A stretch of DNA of 64,000 nucleotides from a virus (Duplodnaviria > Caudoviricetes), in IMG/VR virus record IMGVR_UViG_3300031555_003048, positions 2,314 to 66,313 of that record, one strand, 5' to 3'. The position numbers and the translations under genes were made by a program. Below are positions 19,700-29,772 of this stretch, one piece after another (position 1 is the stretch's first letter; each line of letters begins with the position of its first letter). A model generated the notes under the pieces. It was not told the DNA's origin and searched no databases. It saw only the letters and a list, made by a program, of their open reading frames with translations.

Positions 19700-19913
19700 T
19701 CAACTGAGATTGCTGTATATGAAAATGATTCTGACAATGAATCTATAGAAAATGAATCTTCTATTGCTTATGATTCATTGAACTAAAAGTAAAGTTAATT
19801 TTTTATTTACATTTTGTATATAAAAAATACTTTAATTCCTCTTATTTATGTGTTATACTTTATATGTACTAAAAATTGTACTAAAATAATACATAAATAG
19901 GAGGACTTATAAA

Positions 19914-20408
19914 ATGAGTCAGAACAGGAAAGAAATTTATATTCAGAATAGAATTAGAATACTTACACATAAGATAAATGATACACTGAGACTTAAAAGA
20001 ATATTTTCTATTATTGCTGGAAGTACGGCTTTTATTACTTGTATTGTATTATTTATGTATGGCACTATGGTAGAAAATAGTGGTTTTAAGTTGTTTCTAT
20101 TTATGGCTTTGATTTGTATTATACTTTGTGGTACTTTTGTATTTAGCATTGTAGTTATTAATATAAGTGATAATAAATTGGCAAAATGGGGCAATGAACG
20201 ACATTATCTTATAACTCGTGCAGAACATATTCGTACTGAATTTGAAATTGCTAATGCCTTTGCCCATTGTTATTGGAATGCCTTTGCAGATATTGAGGAA
20301 CTTACAGAAGAAAAAATAGATACAAATCTTATTGTTAAAAATAGGGTGCTAATAGATTTTGATGCAATTTATAAAAATAAAGATGAGGAAATAACAATAG
20401 ATGATTGA
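19914..20408 (+). CDS. Membrane protein (2 TM)
   Basis: Two hydrophobic stretches; follows promoter-like intergenic region. Confidence 0.6.
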   Translation: MSQNRKEIYIQNRIRILTHKINDTLRLKRIFSIIAGSTAFITCIVLFMYGTMVENSGFKLFLFMALICIILCGTFVFSIVVINISDNKLAKWGNERHYLITRAEHIRTEFEIANAFAHCYWNAFADIEELTEEKIDTNLIVKNRVLIDFDAIYKNKDEEITIDD

Positions 20409-21072
20409 TTTGAATTTTATATGTAAAAAATTAAATGTATATATTGAAATCGATAACTCTATTTCAGATATTGGTTTTAGTTATAATATATTTGATAATA
20501 AACATAAATTTATAGGTAGGATTAATTCTGTGCATTTGAAAGATACAGATGATTTATTATCCTTTATTTATAATCTATTAAATGAAACTACATTAGATTC
20601 ATTACGTATTGATATAAATTCAGATAAAAACTATGTATGCTTGCTTAATGATTATCCTTGTGATATTGTATATCAAGGTTTACATTTTAACTGTGTAACA
20701 AGTGCCTATGAAGCACAAAAAGAAAAATCTGAAATAAAGAAATTGTTTTACACACATCTGGATGCAACACAATCTTTACAATTAAGTAAGATTAATAATC
20801 TTTCTGATAATAGGATACAATTAAACAGTACACACATAGATATAATGCATGAATTACTGAAAGATAAATTTAGTAATAATAAAGATTGTTTAAGTAAACT
20901 ATTATTTACTAAAAGTAATATTCTTGTTTATAACAATTCTTGGCATGATAATTTTTGGGGTATTTGTAGTTGTGAAAATTGTTCAGATAAGAATTATAAT
21001 CATCTGGGTAGATTGTTAATGAATATAAGAGATGAGTATCTGTTAAATGAAACGAAGAAAGAAAATAACTAA
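20401..21072 (+). CDS. NADAR (YbiA-like) domain protein with N-terminal extension
   Basis: FNCVTSAYEAQK, IMHELLKDKF, WHDNFWG, NHLGRLLMNIRD. Confidence 0.8.
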   Translation: MIDLNFICKKLNVYIEIDNSISDIGFSYNIFDNKHKFIGRINSVHLKDTDDLLSFIYNLLNETTLDSLRIDINSDKNYVCLLNDYPCDIVYQGLHFNCVTSAYEAQKEKSEIKKLFYTHLDATQSLQLSKINNLSDNRIQLNSTHIDIMHELLKDKFSNNKDCLSKLLFTKSNILVYNNSWHDNFWGICSCENCSDKNYNHLGRLLMNIRDEYLLNETKKENN

Positions 21073-21367
21073 TTTTTATATAGAAGATGTTTCGGGAGTT
21101 CATGTTGTTAATATTGTAAATGGCGTTGATCATATTCTAACCACTTTAATTGTAGCAAAGAATTCATTTTATATTCCACCAGACATTTCACCTTTTCTTA
21201 ACATTAAATACTTACCTGAAGTGCGGTTGGTTTATAAAGAAAATAAGTTAGACTTTAGTTATTATATTTATGATATAACAATAACATTGGAAAATGACAC
21301 CTTAGAAATAACAGATGAAGTTTTAAAATATTTAAATTCAACTATTTTTGATTTAGAAATGCTATAG
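21047..21367 (+). CDS. Hypothetical protein
   Basis: 106-aa ORF in operon. Confidence 0.5.
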   Translation: MKRRKKITNFYIEDVSGVHVVNIVNGVDHILTTLIVAKNSFYIPPDISPFLNIKYLPEVRLVYKENKLDFSYYIYDITITLENDTLEITDEVLKYLNSTIFDLEML

Positions 21368-21386
21368 TTTTACGGAGTAATTATTT

Positions 21387-22682
21387 ATGAGCGTTGTTTT
21401 AGATGAATATCAAACTGCTGTGGTGAATTCGAATGAACGTAATATTGTTGTTATTGCTGGTGCAGGTAGTGGTAAGACACGGGTTTTAACTGAACGTATT
21501 AGAAGAATTTTGAATGAAGGTGTGGATCCTGCTACTATTGTGGCAATTACTTTTACAAAAATGGCAGCAGAAGAATTAGTAGAAAGACTTTCTGATATTA
21601 ATGGATATGAAAAAATGTTTGTTGGTACCATTCATGCATTTGCCAATAAAATTTTAAGTTCTACTAATTTATATTATAACATATTAGATGATGAATCTGA
21701 AATGTATATTATGAAAGATTTATGTTCCATTAAGAATTTTCCAATACGTTTTGAAATGTATTTAGATTATAAAAATCAACATTATGATTCTGGTAAGGTT
21801 TATCAATACATTACCCGTAAATATGGATTTAATAAAAGTAAACAATTAAGACATATTTTGGAATATGATAGTAATGATGAGTTTCCTGTGACTGTTAAGA
21901 GTTATGCAAAATCACATAATTATATTACATTCGATGAACTTATAAATTTATGTTCTGATTATCTAGAAAAGAATAATATATTTATTGATTATTTATTTGT
22001 AGATGAATTTCAAGATATTGGAAATCTTGAGTATAATTTTATAAAAAATTTGTATGCGGATCATTGTTTTGTTGTAGGTGATGATTATCAAGCGATTTAT
22101 GGATTTAAAGGTGCTACAGATATTTATTTCAAACAATTGTTAGATAGTGATAAATGGTATTCCATTATGTTACCTAACAATTATCGTTGTGGTGAGTATA
22201 TAATTAAATTAGGTAATTCTATTATTTCTAATATAGTGGAAAATGAACCTGTAAAACCTGCTATTTGTAAATCTGGTAAGAAAGGCGATGTTAAGTATAT
22301 ACCTAATATAAATAGTATTGTTAATATAATTAAAAATAATTCAAATATACAATATAGTGATTGGTTTATCTTATGTCGGGCAAATAAAGAAGTTGATAAT
22401 GTTATTTTACTTCTTACTGATAATAATATACCGTGTACTACATTCAAAAAGTCTATGTTAGATAGTAATGAATTGGATTCTCTTATGAAATCTAATACGG
22501 TTAAAGTTTTAACTGTTCATTCTGCTAAAGGATTAGAAAACAAGAATGTAATAATTGCCTATAGAAATCCACTATATGCTAATTGGAATTACGATGATAC
22601 TGGTAATATTAAGAAACCTGAAGAGATTAAATTATACTATGTTGCTATTACAAGAGCCATAGATAATTTATATATTTTGTAA
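21387..22682 (+). CDS. UvrD/PcrA/Rep SF1 helicase
   Basis: AGAGSGKT, ITFT, GTIHAF, VDEFQD, VGDDYQAIYGF, NYRC, TVHSAKGLE, YVAITRA. Confidence 0.95.
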   Translation: MSVVLDEYQTAVVNSNERNIVVIAGAGSGKTRVLTERIRRILNEGVDPATIVAITFTKMAAEELVERLSDINGYEKMFVGTIHAFANKILSSTNLYYNILDDESEMYIMKDLCSIKNFPIRFEMYLDYKNQHYDSGKVYQYITRKYGFNKSKQLRHILEYDSNDEFPVTVKSYAKSHNYITFDELINLCSDYLEKNNIFIDYLFVDEFQDIGNLEYNFIKNLYADHCFVVGDDYQAIYGFKGATDIYFKQLLDSDKWYSIMLPNNYRCGEYIIKLGNSIISNIVENEPVKPAICKSGKKGDVKYIPNINSIVNIIKNNSNIQYSDWFILCRANKEVDNVILLLTDNNIPCTTFKKSMLDSNELDSLMKSNTVKVLTVHSAKGLENKNVIIAYRNPLYANWNYDDTGNIKKPEEIKLYYVAITRAIDNLYIL

Positions 22683-22706
22683 AAATATAAATGGAGGTAA
22701 AAATTT

Positions 22707-23462
22707 ATGTGCGAAAAGTCAACTAAGTATGCTAGAGGTACTGTTTGGTGGGTGAATACCATAGATGATAGTATGTGTTCCACCTCCCAGAAAGGAAGAA
22801 GACCATTTCTTATTATTTCTGCCGATGAATTTAATATTAGATTTGGTAAAGTAACTGTTATTCCTATGTCATCCCAGAGTAAGTATGATAAATACGATTA
22901 TTCTGTACCAACATCTATTGACGGTAAAGTAGTCTATGCTCTCGTAGATCAAATAAGACAAATGGATATTGTTCATCTTCTACATTATGCCTATACTATT
23001 AATAATGTTGTATTGAAAGATATAGATATTATCTTGGCTAAAATTTATACTGATATTAGACCTAATAGTTGTTGTCAAAACAAAACACACGATACTATTA
23101 ATTTATCTAAGGCTACCCATAAGACTGATAATATTAATGAAACTAATAATATTAATAAAATATCTACCCTAACTAACAAAAGAAATGTACCTATAACTAA
23201 TGAAATCCGACATATCAAGAGGGAGAAGAATCACCCAAGAACTTATAAAGGACGTATTGGTTCCGCGATGCCACAGGGTTTTTATACTATATTAGATAAT
23301 AATATTATATGGTGGAACGATTTTCTTAATTATGGCGTAGATTTTGTGAAAAATAAGTATAATTTAAAGGATGACACCCGCTTTGCAAAACGTAAATATC
23401 TTGTTAGAAAAATACTTATTGACAATCACTATGATTTAACCAAACCAATTGTTAAATCATAA
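22707..23462 (+). CDS. MazF/PemK-like endoribonuclease domain with C-terminal extension
   Basis: RGTVWWV, QKGRRPFLIIS, VTVIPMS, ALVDQIRQMD. Confidence 0.78.
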   Translation: MCEKSTKYARGTVWWVNTIDDSMCSTSQKGRRPFLIISADEFNIRFGKVTVIPMSSQSKYDKYDYSVPTSIDGKVVYALVDQIRQMDIVHLLHYAYTINNVVLKDIDIILAKIYTDIRPNSCCQNKTHDTINLSKATHKTDNINETNNINKISTLTNKRNVPITNEIRHIKREKNHPRTYKGRIGSAMPQGFYTILDNNIIWWNDFLNYGVDFVKNKYNLKDDTRFAKRKYLVRKILIDNHYDLTKPIVKS

Positions 23463-23483
23463 AATATATAAAGGAGAAGTTTT

Positions 23484-23756
23484 ATGAATGTAATCAATGC
23501 CATCGGTAATACAGTTTTACTTAAACAATTGAATTTAGAAGAAACTACTCATTCTGGTTTTATACTTTCTTCCAAAACACAATCTCCTATATACGAAATT
23601 AAATCTATAGGGGATATTGCAAAAAAGGAAAATTTATTTAAAGTTGGAGATAAGGTATTGATTAGAAACACAGTAGGTTCCGATATATATGTAGATAATG
23701 CTATCATATATAAATCTGTTAAATGGTGGGAAATTGATGCCATTGTAAATGATTAA
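23484..23756 (+). CDS. groES: GroES-like co-chaperonin
   Basis: IGNTVLLK...EETTHSGFIL (mobile loop), KVGDKVL. Confidence 0.7.
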   Translation: MNVINAIGNTVLLKQLNLEETTHSGFILSSKTQSPIYEIKSIGDIAKKENLFKVGDKVLIRNTVGSDIYVDNAIIYKSVKWWEIDAIVND

Positions 23757-23780
23757 TATTTTTATAGGAGGTATTTATTT

Positions 23781-24893
23781 ATGAATCAAAAAGAATTAGC
23801 TGAATTAAAGAAAAATTATTCTAAAGAAAATGGTATGTTTACTATAAATAGGATTGCTTCCTATTATATTAATTCGGATAAAGAAATTGTTTATAGTGAT
23901 GTGAAGGAAGAAGGAATTATAGATCAATCAACATTTGATTATTTAAATATGTATTTGATGTCTACACTGAAAGGTCGTATAGGTAAAGGTAATAAAGAAT
24001 ATACCTTTGTGAATGAATCTAAACGTGATCTGTTTCATAATTTAGTGCTTTCACGTCTTTGTGAAAAGGATATATTGGAAGAGTTTGTTCAAAATATAAT
24101 TGATAATTATGATTATATATCTAATTATGCCATTTTTATTGCACATTATACCTATTCAGTTTTGAAGAAAGGTAATGATGTATTGGACGATAGAAATGAT
24201 GATAGTTCTGAAGAATATAATTATAACTTTATTATAACTTCAATCTGTCCTATAGAAACAATTAATGATGGTTTTGTTTATAATGGTGAATCTTTTATTT
24301 GCGATTCCGAATTAAAAAATATCGTTCAGCTCCCTGTTAATGGTATGTTATATCCAGTATTTAGTGATAGATGTGCTGACATAAGTTCTGTTTTAATTTA
24401 CGAAAAAACACCTAATAAACCTAATAAGTCTATCGTAGAAAATGTTTGTGAGGCAGAATTTACGTTTTCTATTAAGCAACAGAAAGAATCTTTTAATGAT
24501 ATGTTAAATTCTGTTATAGGGGATAAGATGAGTTATAGTTTGGCTACTGATATTAATATGGCTTTAATTGAAAAGTTTGATATGCAGAAACTAAATACTG
24601 ATCCAGCTGTACTTAATAAAGAAGAAGTTATTCAACTTTTGATTGAAGCTGGTGTTGATCCTGATAATCGTGATTATTTAGATAAATATTATGACAAAAC
24701 TTTTAATGATGCTAAATTAGATACATCTGCTCTTATTGATACAAAAAATAAAGTACAGACTGGTAATTTTACTATTACATTTTCTAATGACGCCACTTCT
24801 GAACTTAAAACACAGATAGTAAACGGTAAAAATTGTATTGTTATTCCTATTGACGAAGCTATTGATATTAATGGAATTACTGTAATGCACTAA
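23781..24893 (+). CDS. DUF4317-like protein
   Basis: N-terminus KELAELKK...INRIASYYIN and GMLYPVFSDRCAD recall DUF4317 of Clostridia. Confidence 0.6.
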   Translation: MNQKELAELKKNYSKENGMFTINRIASYYINSDKEIVYSDVKEEGIIDQSTFDYLNMYLMSTLKGRIGKGNKEYTFVNESKRDLFHNLVLSRLCEKDILEEFVQNIIDNYDYISNYAIFIAHYTYSVLKKGNDVLDDRNDDSSEEYNYNFIITSICPIETINDGFVYNGESFICDSELKNIVQLPVNGMLYPVFSDRCADISSVLIYEKTPNKPNKSIVENVCEAEFTFSIKQQKESFNDMLNSVIGDKMSYSLATDINMALIEKFDMQKLNTDPAVLNKEEVIQLLIEAGVDPDNRDYLDKYYDKTFNDAKLDTSALIDTKNKVQTGNFTITFSNDATSELKTQIVNGKNCIVIPIDEAIDINGITVMH

Positions 24894-24924
24894 ATTTTTA
24901 ATATTAGTTTAACTATAATTAAAG

Positions 24925-24955
24925 GATATGTTTTTATATCATATAAAAACATATC
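24925..24955. terminator. 15-bp perfect inverted repeat (terminator or operator)
   Basis: gatatgtttttatat-c-atataaaaacatatc, followed by tttt. Confidence 0.55.
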
Positions 24956-25022
24956 TTTTACTTTACAAAAATTTTAATTTTTACAATATAATTATATATT
25001 GTAGGATCGGAGTATAAAATTT

Positions 25023-25382
25023 ATGTTAAATTCAAATAAAAAACCAACTCGTTATTATAGCAAAAAACAAGAAAATAGAACAGCTAAGATATTAGGCGGT
25101 GATACTGTTCCAAATAGTGGGGCAGCAAATTTTTGTGGTGGTGATGTTAAACTCGATAATTTTTTAATTGAATGTAAAACATTAACTACCGAAAAGCAAA
25201 GTATGTCTATTAAGAAAGATTGGTTAGAAAAAACAAAGCAGGAAGCTATATCACAGAGAAAAAGGTTTTATGCTTTAGCTTTTGATTTTGGTAGTAATGA
25301 TAATTATTATGTAATAGATGAAAAGACATTTAAATATTTTTTAGATATTTTAAATAAACTGGAGGAAAATGAAGATGAGTAA
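25023..25382 (+). CDS. Hjc-type resolvase / PD-(D/E)XK endonuclease
   Basis: KQENRTAKILGG...PNSGA...GDV...FLIECKT. Confidence 0.7.
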   Translation: MLNSNKKPTRYYSKKQENRTAKILGGDTVPNSGAANFCGGDVKLDNFLIECKTLTTEKQSMSIKKDWLEKTKQEAISQRKRFYALAFDFGSNDNYYVIDEKTFKYFLDILNKLEENEDE

Positions 25383-27510
25383 AATAGCATTAGCACTTAA
25401 ATATAGACCAAAAACTTTTTCCGATGTAGTTGAGCAAAATGCTGTAAAAGCTACACTAATGAATCAATTGGAAACCAATACAGTAAAAAATTGCTATTTA
25501 TTTACTGGGGCAGCTGGCACAGGAAAGGCACAACCCTTATATTCTAAAGTTTTAACACCTACTGGATTTATAGAGATGAAAGATGTTGTTGTAGGAACGG
25601 ATGTTATTGGTTGTGACGGAAAAGTTCATAAGGTGTCAGCCATATATAATAGAGGTGTTCGAGATATATATGAATTAACTTTCAATGATAGAACTAAAGT
25701 TAGATGTTGTAATGAACATTTATGGACATTCCAAAAACAGTATGATAATATTAAAAAAGGTTATTCTACATTATCTTTGTCCGAAATTTTGGATAAACCC
25801 TTATACAAACAATGGTATAGTAAAAAGGACGGTACCTATTATAAAACTTGGTTATACCATTTACCTGTTTGTTCCTCTGCCGATTTTCCTAAAAAGTCAG
25901 TTTTTATTCCACCCTATATAATGGGGTTACTTATAGCAGACGGTGGTTTAACGGATATTTCCTCTGTATCAATTTCCTTATATGAAATAGATGTTAGGGA
26001 GAAATTCCAGCAAATAATAGAAACTTTAGGTTATACAATACATCTAAAAAGTTCAACGCACCCGGAAGTTCACGATTATAATATTGTTCGTGCAAATCCT
26101 AAGAAAGGACATATTTCGGGTACTTCCAATCAAATATATGTAGAAATAAAAAATTATGGATTAAATGTTAGAAGTGAATGTAAGTTTATTCCTGCCGATT
26201 ATTTATATAATGATGCGGAAAGTAGATTAGAATTATTACAGGGTTTATTTGATGGGGATGGTTATATAGATTTTAGAACGGGTTCCTCCATCAACTATAC
26301 TACTACGAGTCCACAACTTGCGGAGAATATTGCTTTTCTTGTTAGATCCTTGGGTGGATTCTGTACTTTAAGTGGACCTAAATCCTCTTTTTATAAGGTT
26401 AATAATGAAAGATTGGAAGTGCTGTCTCATTATGATTTATATATTAAATTTCCCCCTGATATAATTCCAATAACAAGTCAGAAGCATTTAGCAAGATATA
26501 AGTCTGGACACACAGCTCCTAAAAAGACTTTAAGAGATATAAAATATATAGGCAAGGAGCCTTGCAAATGTATTATGGTAGATAGTGCAGAACATTTATA
26601 TATAACAGATGGTTATACTGTTACACACAATACAACCGATGCCAGAATATTTGCCAACGACATTAATAAAGGTAAAGGTTCCCCTATTGAAATGGATGCT
26701 GCTTCTAATAATAGTGTTGAAGATATGAGAAGAATTATAGAACAAGCTAAATATCAATCTATGGAAGGTGAATATAAAGTTTTCATACTGGATGAGGTTC
26801 ATTCATTTAGTAATGCCGCATGGCAGTCTTTTCTTAAAATTTGTGAAGAGCCTCCAGCCAAAACAATTTTTCTACTTTGTACAACTGATCCACAAAAAAT
26901 TCCAAATACAATACTTTCTCGTGTACAGAGATACGATTTCAAAAAAATCTCTTTTAAAGGAATTGTTAATAGACTTAATTATATTATAAATGAAGAAAAC
27001 AAAGAAAATGCTAATATAGTTCCTACTGAAGATGGTATAGAATATATTGCTAAATTAGCAGATGGTGGTATGAGAGATGCTATCACTACTTTAGATAAGT
27101 GTATCAGTTATAATAAAGAATTAACTCTGGATAACGTCATTAAAGCCTTAGGTGGAGTTAATTATGATATTATGTTTAGTTTAGCAGAAAGCATTTATAA
27201 TTTTGATGCTAAAACAGTTATTGAAATTACTGAAAATATATATAATTCAGGTGCTAACATAAAACAGTTTGTTAAGGATTTTAGCAATTTTATCTTAGAT
27301 TTATGTAAATATGGATTAACTAATGCATTTGATTATTTATATATTCCAAGCCTATATGTGAATAAACTTAAATCTTATACGAATGAACATTTTGCATTTT
27401 TTAATCAGTTGTTAGGTGAAGTGATTAAGTTGAGTAATACTATTAAATGGGAAAGTAATCCTAAACCGGTTATTGAATCAACATTCATTCTTTTATGTCA
27501 GAAGGTGTAA
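25369..27510 (+). CDS. dnaX: Clamp-loader ATPase DnaX (gamma/tau-like), intein-containing
   Basis: LALKYRPKTFSDVV, GAAGTGK|intein|TTDARIFA, EMDAAS, ILDEVH, EEPP, LCTTDPQKIPNTILSR. Confidence 0.95.
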   Translation: MKMSKIALALKYRPKTFSDVVEQNAVKATLMNQLETNTVKNCYLFTGAAGTGKAQPLYSKVLTPTGFIEMKDVVVGTDVIGCDGKVHKVSAIYNRGVRDIYELTFNDRTKVRCCNEHLWTFQKQYDNIKKGYSTLSLSEILDKPLYKQWYSKKDGTYYKTWLYHLPVCSSADFPKKSVFIPPYIMGLLIADGGLTDISSVSISLYEIDVREKFQQIIETLGYTIHLKSSTHPEVHDYNIVRANPKKGHISGTSNQIYVEIKNYGLNVRSECKFIPADYLYNDAESRLELLQGLFDGDGYIDFRTGSSINYTTTSPQLAENIAFLVRSLGGFCTLSGPKSSFYKVNNERLEVLSHYDLYIKFPPDIIPITSQKHLARYKSGHTAPKKTLRDIKYIGKEPCKCIMVDSAEHLYITDGYTVTHNTTDARIFANDINKGKGSPIEMDAASNNSVEDMRRIIEQAKYQSMEGEYKVFILDEVHSFSNAAWQSFLKICEEPPAKTIFLLCTTDPQKIPNTILSRVQRYDFKKISFKGIVNRLNYIINEENKENANIVPTEDGIEYIAKLADGGMRDAITTLDKCISYNKELTLDNVIKALGGVNYDIMFSLAESIYNFDAKTVIEITENIYNSGANIKQFVKDFSNFILDLCKYGLTNAFDYLYIPSLYVNKLKSYTNEHFAFFNQLLGEVIKLSNTIKWESNPKPVIESTFILLCQKV
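25528..26631 (+). mobile_element. Intein with LAGLIDADG homing endonuclease, class-3 signature
   Basis: 368 aa from AQPLYSKV to VTHN, +1 Thr; GLLIADG and QGLFDGDG motifs; Ala1, EHLW, CKCIMV, THN. Confidence 0.93.
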
Positions 27511-27516
27511 ACACTA

Positions 27517-28344
27517 ATGGTAAGCAGAAATGATATTATAGGTCAAAAAAATGTATTAGATAGAATAGATAATTTAGTTGAAACTAATAATTTTCCTCGT
27601 TTTTGTATTATAGTAGGTCCTCCAAAATCGGGTAAAAGATTAATTGCTAATTACATTTCCGATAAATTAAATTGTCAATTTGTGCCTTCCAGTATTAAGA
27701 TTGACGACGTTCGAGATGTAATTAATTCTTCCTATACCGTGATGGATAATGTTTGTTATATGTGGGCAAATGCTGATGATATGAGTATAGGAGCTAAAAA
27801 TGCTATACTTAAAATAACAGAGGAACCCCCACTAAACTCTTATTTTATTATTACTTTAAGAACTACAGAAAATATGTTGCCAACAATATTAAGTAGGGGT
27901 ACTACATTATATTTACAGCCTTACACACCAGATGAATTATCTGCTTATGGTAATAAACGAACATTTATTGTAGATGATATAACTGCAAATATGTGTTCTA
28001 CTCCAGGTGAAATAAATATGATTATACAATATGGGGAAGAAAAATTTTTAAATTTTGCTAATAGTGTATTAGATAATATCGGTATAGCTTCTATATCTAA
28101 TTGTTTAAAATTATCTAATAATTTTGCTCTAAAAAAAGATGATGATAAATACGATATAAGTTTATTTTTACATTGTATATCTACATTGAGTTTAATTAGA
28201 TATAAAGAAACACTGAATATAAAATATAATGAGCTATGTATTAAAACTTGTGATATATTGTCGGAATTTAAAGTGTCTTCTGTTAGTAAGTTAGCAGTAT
28301 TGGATAAATGGTTACTTTTAGCGAATCAAATTTTAGGAGGTTAA
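27517..28344 (+). CDS. holB: Clamp-loader delta-prime-like subunit
   Basis: IIGQ, GPPKSGK, NAILKITEEPP, LPTILSRG. Confidence 0.82.
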   Translation: MVSRNDIIGQKNVLDRIDNLVETNNFPRFCIIVGPPKSGKRLIANYISDKLNCQFVPSSIKIDDVRDVINSSYTVMDNVCYMWANADDMSIGAKNAILKITEEPPLNSYFIITLRTTENMLPTILSRGTTLYLQPYTPDELSAYGNKRTFIVDDITANMCSTPGEINMIIQYGEEKFLNFANSVLDNIGIASISNCLKLSNNFALKKDDDKYDISLFLHCISTLSLIRYKETLNIKYNELCIKTCDILSEFKVSSVSKLAVLDKWLLLANQILGG

Positions 28345-28351
28345 TTAATTT

Positions 28352-29302
28352 ATGACTATAATGGAATTAAAAGAGAAAATTAACAAATCTCCTAAATTAG
28401 ATGGATTATATATATTTACTGGGGATGAACCCATAATATTAAATGCTTATATTAATATGATTATTAAGAAAAGTGGTTATAAAGAAAAACACTTTAATTC
28501 TATAAAAACAGTGTATAATCAATTGAAATCTAAATCATTACTTTGTGAAAATAATTGTGTTTTTATTATAAGGGATGATAAAGAATTTGTTGGTTGGACA
28601 GAAACTGATTGGAGTAAAATTAATGATAATTTAATCAAAAATAATATTATTATTTTAGTTTGTGATAATCTTAGTAAGTCAAGTAAATTTTATAAACATT
28701 TTCAAACACATATTACAATATTCGATAAACTCAATATAGACATATTAGCAAAATATGTACAAAAAGAATTACCCGGATTGAATATTGAATATGCTAAAGA
28801 ATTAGTTACTATATGTGAAAATATGTATAGTCGTATTTTGTTAGAATGTGATAAACTTAAACATTTATCCCAAGCATTAAAGTTATCAAATTTTGATGAT
28901 TGTTATTTATATGCTATGGATAATTCTTTTATTTGGATTCCGCCAGAGGACGCTATTTTTTCTTTTGTTGATGCCTGTCTAAATCGAAATATTTCTGATT
29001 GCTATTATTATTTAGAAGAATGTAAGCGTATTAATGAAAATGAATTAAACATATTATCTAATTTATATACAAAGTTTAGAGCTTTATTACAAGTACAAGT
29101 TGTGGGTTATTCTAAGAATATAACTGACATAACAGGATTGCAATATTATCAAGTAAAACAAGTTTCTGATTTTGTTAATAGATATTCAACAGAAGAATTA
29201 TTAAGGGCTTTAAGATTAATACATTATTGTGAATCGTGTATTAAAAGAGGTGATATGGAAGCAAGTATGACTATTGATTATATGTTAGTTAATCTGTTGT
29301 AA
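28352..29302 (+). CDS. holA: Clamp-loader delta-like subunit
   Basis: LYIFTGDE, ILLECDKL, AIFSFVDA, LRALRLIHYCESCIKRG; follows dnaX and holB. Confidence 0.72.
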   Translation: MTIMELKEKINKSPKLDGLYIFTGDEPIILNAYINMIIKKSGYKEKHFNSIKTVYNQLKSKSLLCENNCVFIIRDDKEFVGWTETDWSKINDNLIKNNIIILVCDNLSKSSKFYKHFQTHITIFDKLNIDILAKYVQKELPGLNIEYAKELVTICENMYSRILLECDKLKHLSQALKLSNFDDCYLYAMDNSFIWIPPEDAIFSFVDACLNRNISDCYYYLEECKRINENELNILSNLYTKFRALLQVQVVGYSKNITDITGLQYYQVKQVSDFVNRYSTEELLRALRLIHYCESCIKRGDMEASMTIDYMLVNLL

Positions 29303-29306
29303 GGAG

Positions 29307-29606
29307 ATGTGTAGTTTTATGTCAGATAAGTTATATGTAGATTTTTCCAATTATAAAGACTTATATTTAAATTCTTTTATGGAATGGTTACAACATCCTA
29401 AATGTAATTATGTTATTAGAGATACTGATGGTAGTAATAATAACAATGATAATTACCCTGAAAGTGATAGCGAACATATTTGTTTATGTAAAAGGTGCAA
29501 TCGAAAAATTACAGATGAAAATTCCATAAAAGTTGGTATGGGTCCCACTTGTTATCAAAAATATTTGAAAGAAATAAACACAAATAAACTACATATTTTA
29601 TTTTAA
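29307..29606 (+). CDS. DUF6011-like Zn-finger protein
   Basis: CKRCNRKITDENSIKVGMGPTCY. Confidence 0.7.
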   Translation: MCSFMSDKLYVDFSNYKDLYLNSFMEWLQHPKCNYVIRDTDGSNNNNDNYPESDSEHICLCKRCNRKITDENSIKVGMGPTCYQKYLKEINTNKLHILF

Positions 29607-29625
29607 CAAATTAAATATTTCTAAT

Positions 29626-29667
29626 ACTACTCTATTTATTGTTAATTGTAACAATAAATAGAGTAGT
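29626..29667. terminator. 19-bp perfect inverted repeat ending the replication module
   Basis: actactctatttattgtta-attg-taacaataaatagagtagt. Confidence 0.65.
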
Positions 29668-29772
29668 TATTTATGTAAATTTACAAAATTTTATTTTTAT
29701 ATATAAAAACTATTGTAATTTAGTTAATAATATGTTATAATAAATTTAGAAATTTTATTAATTAATAGAGAA

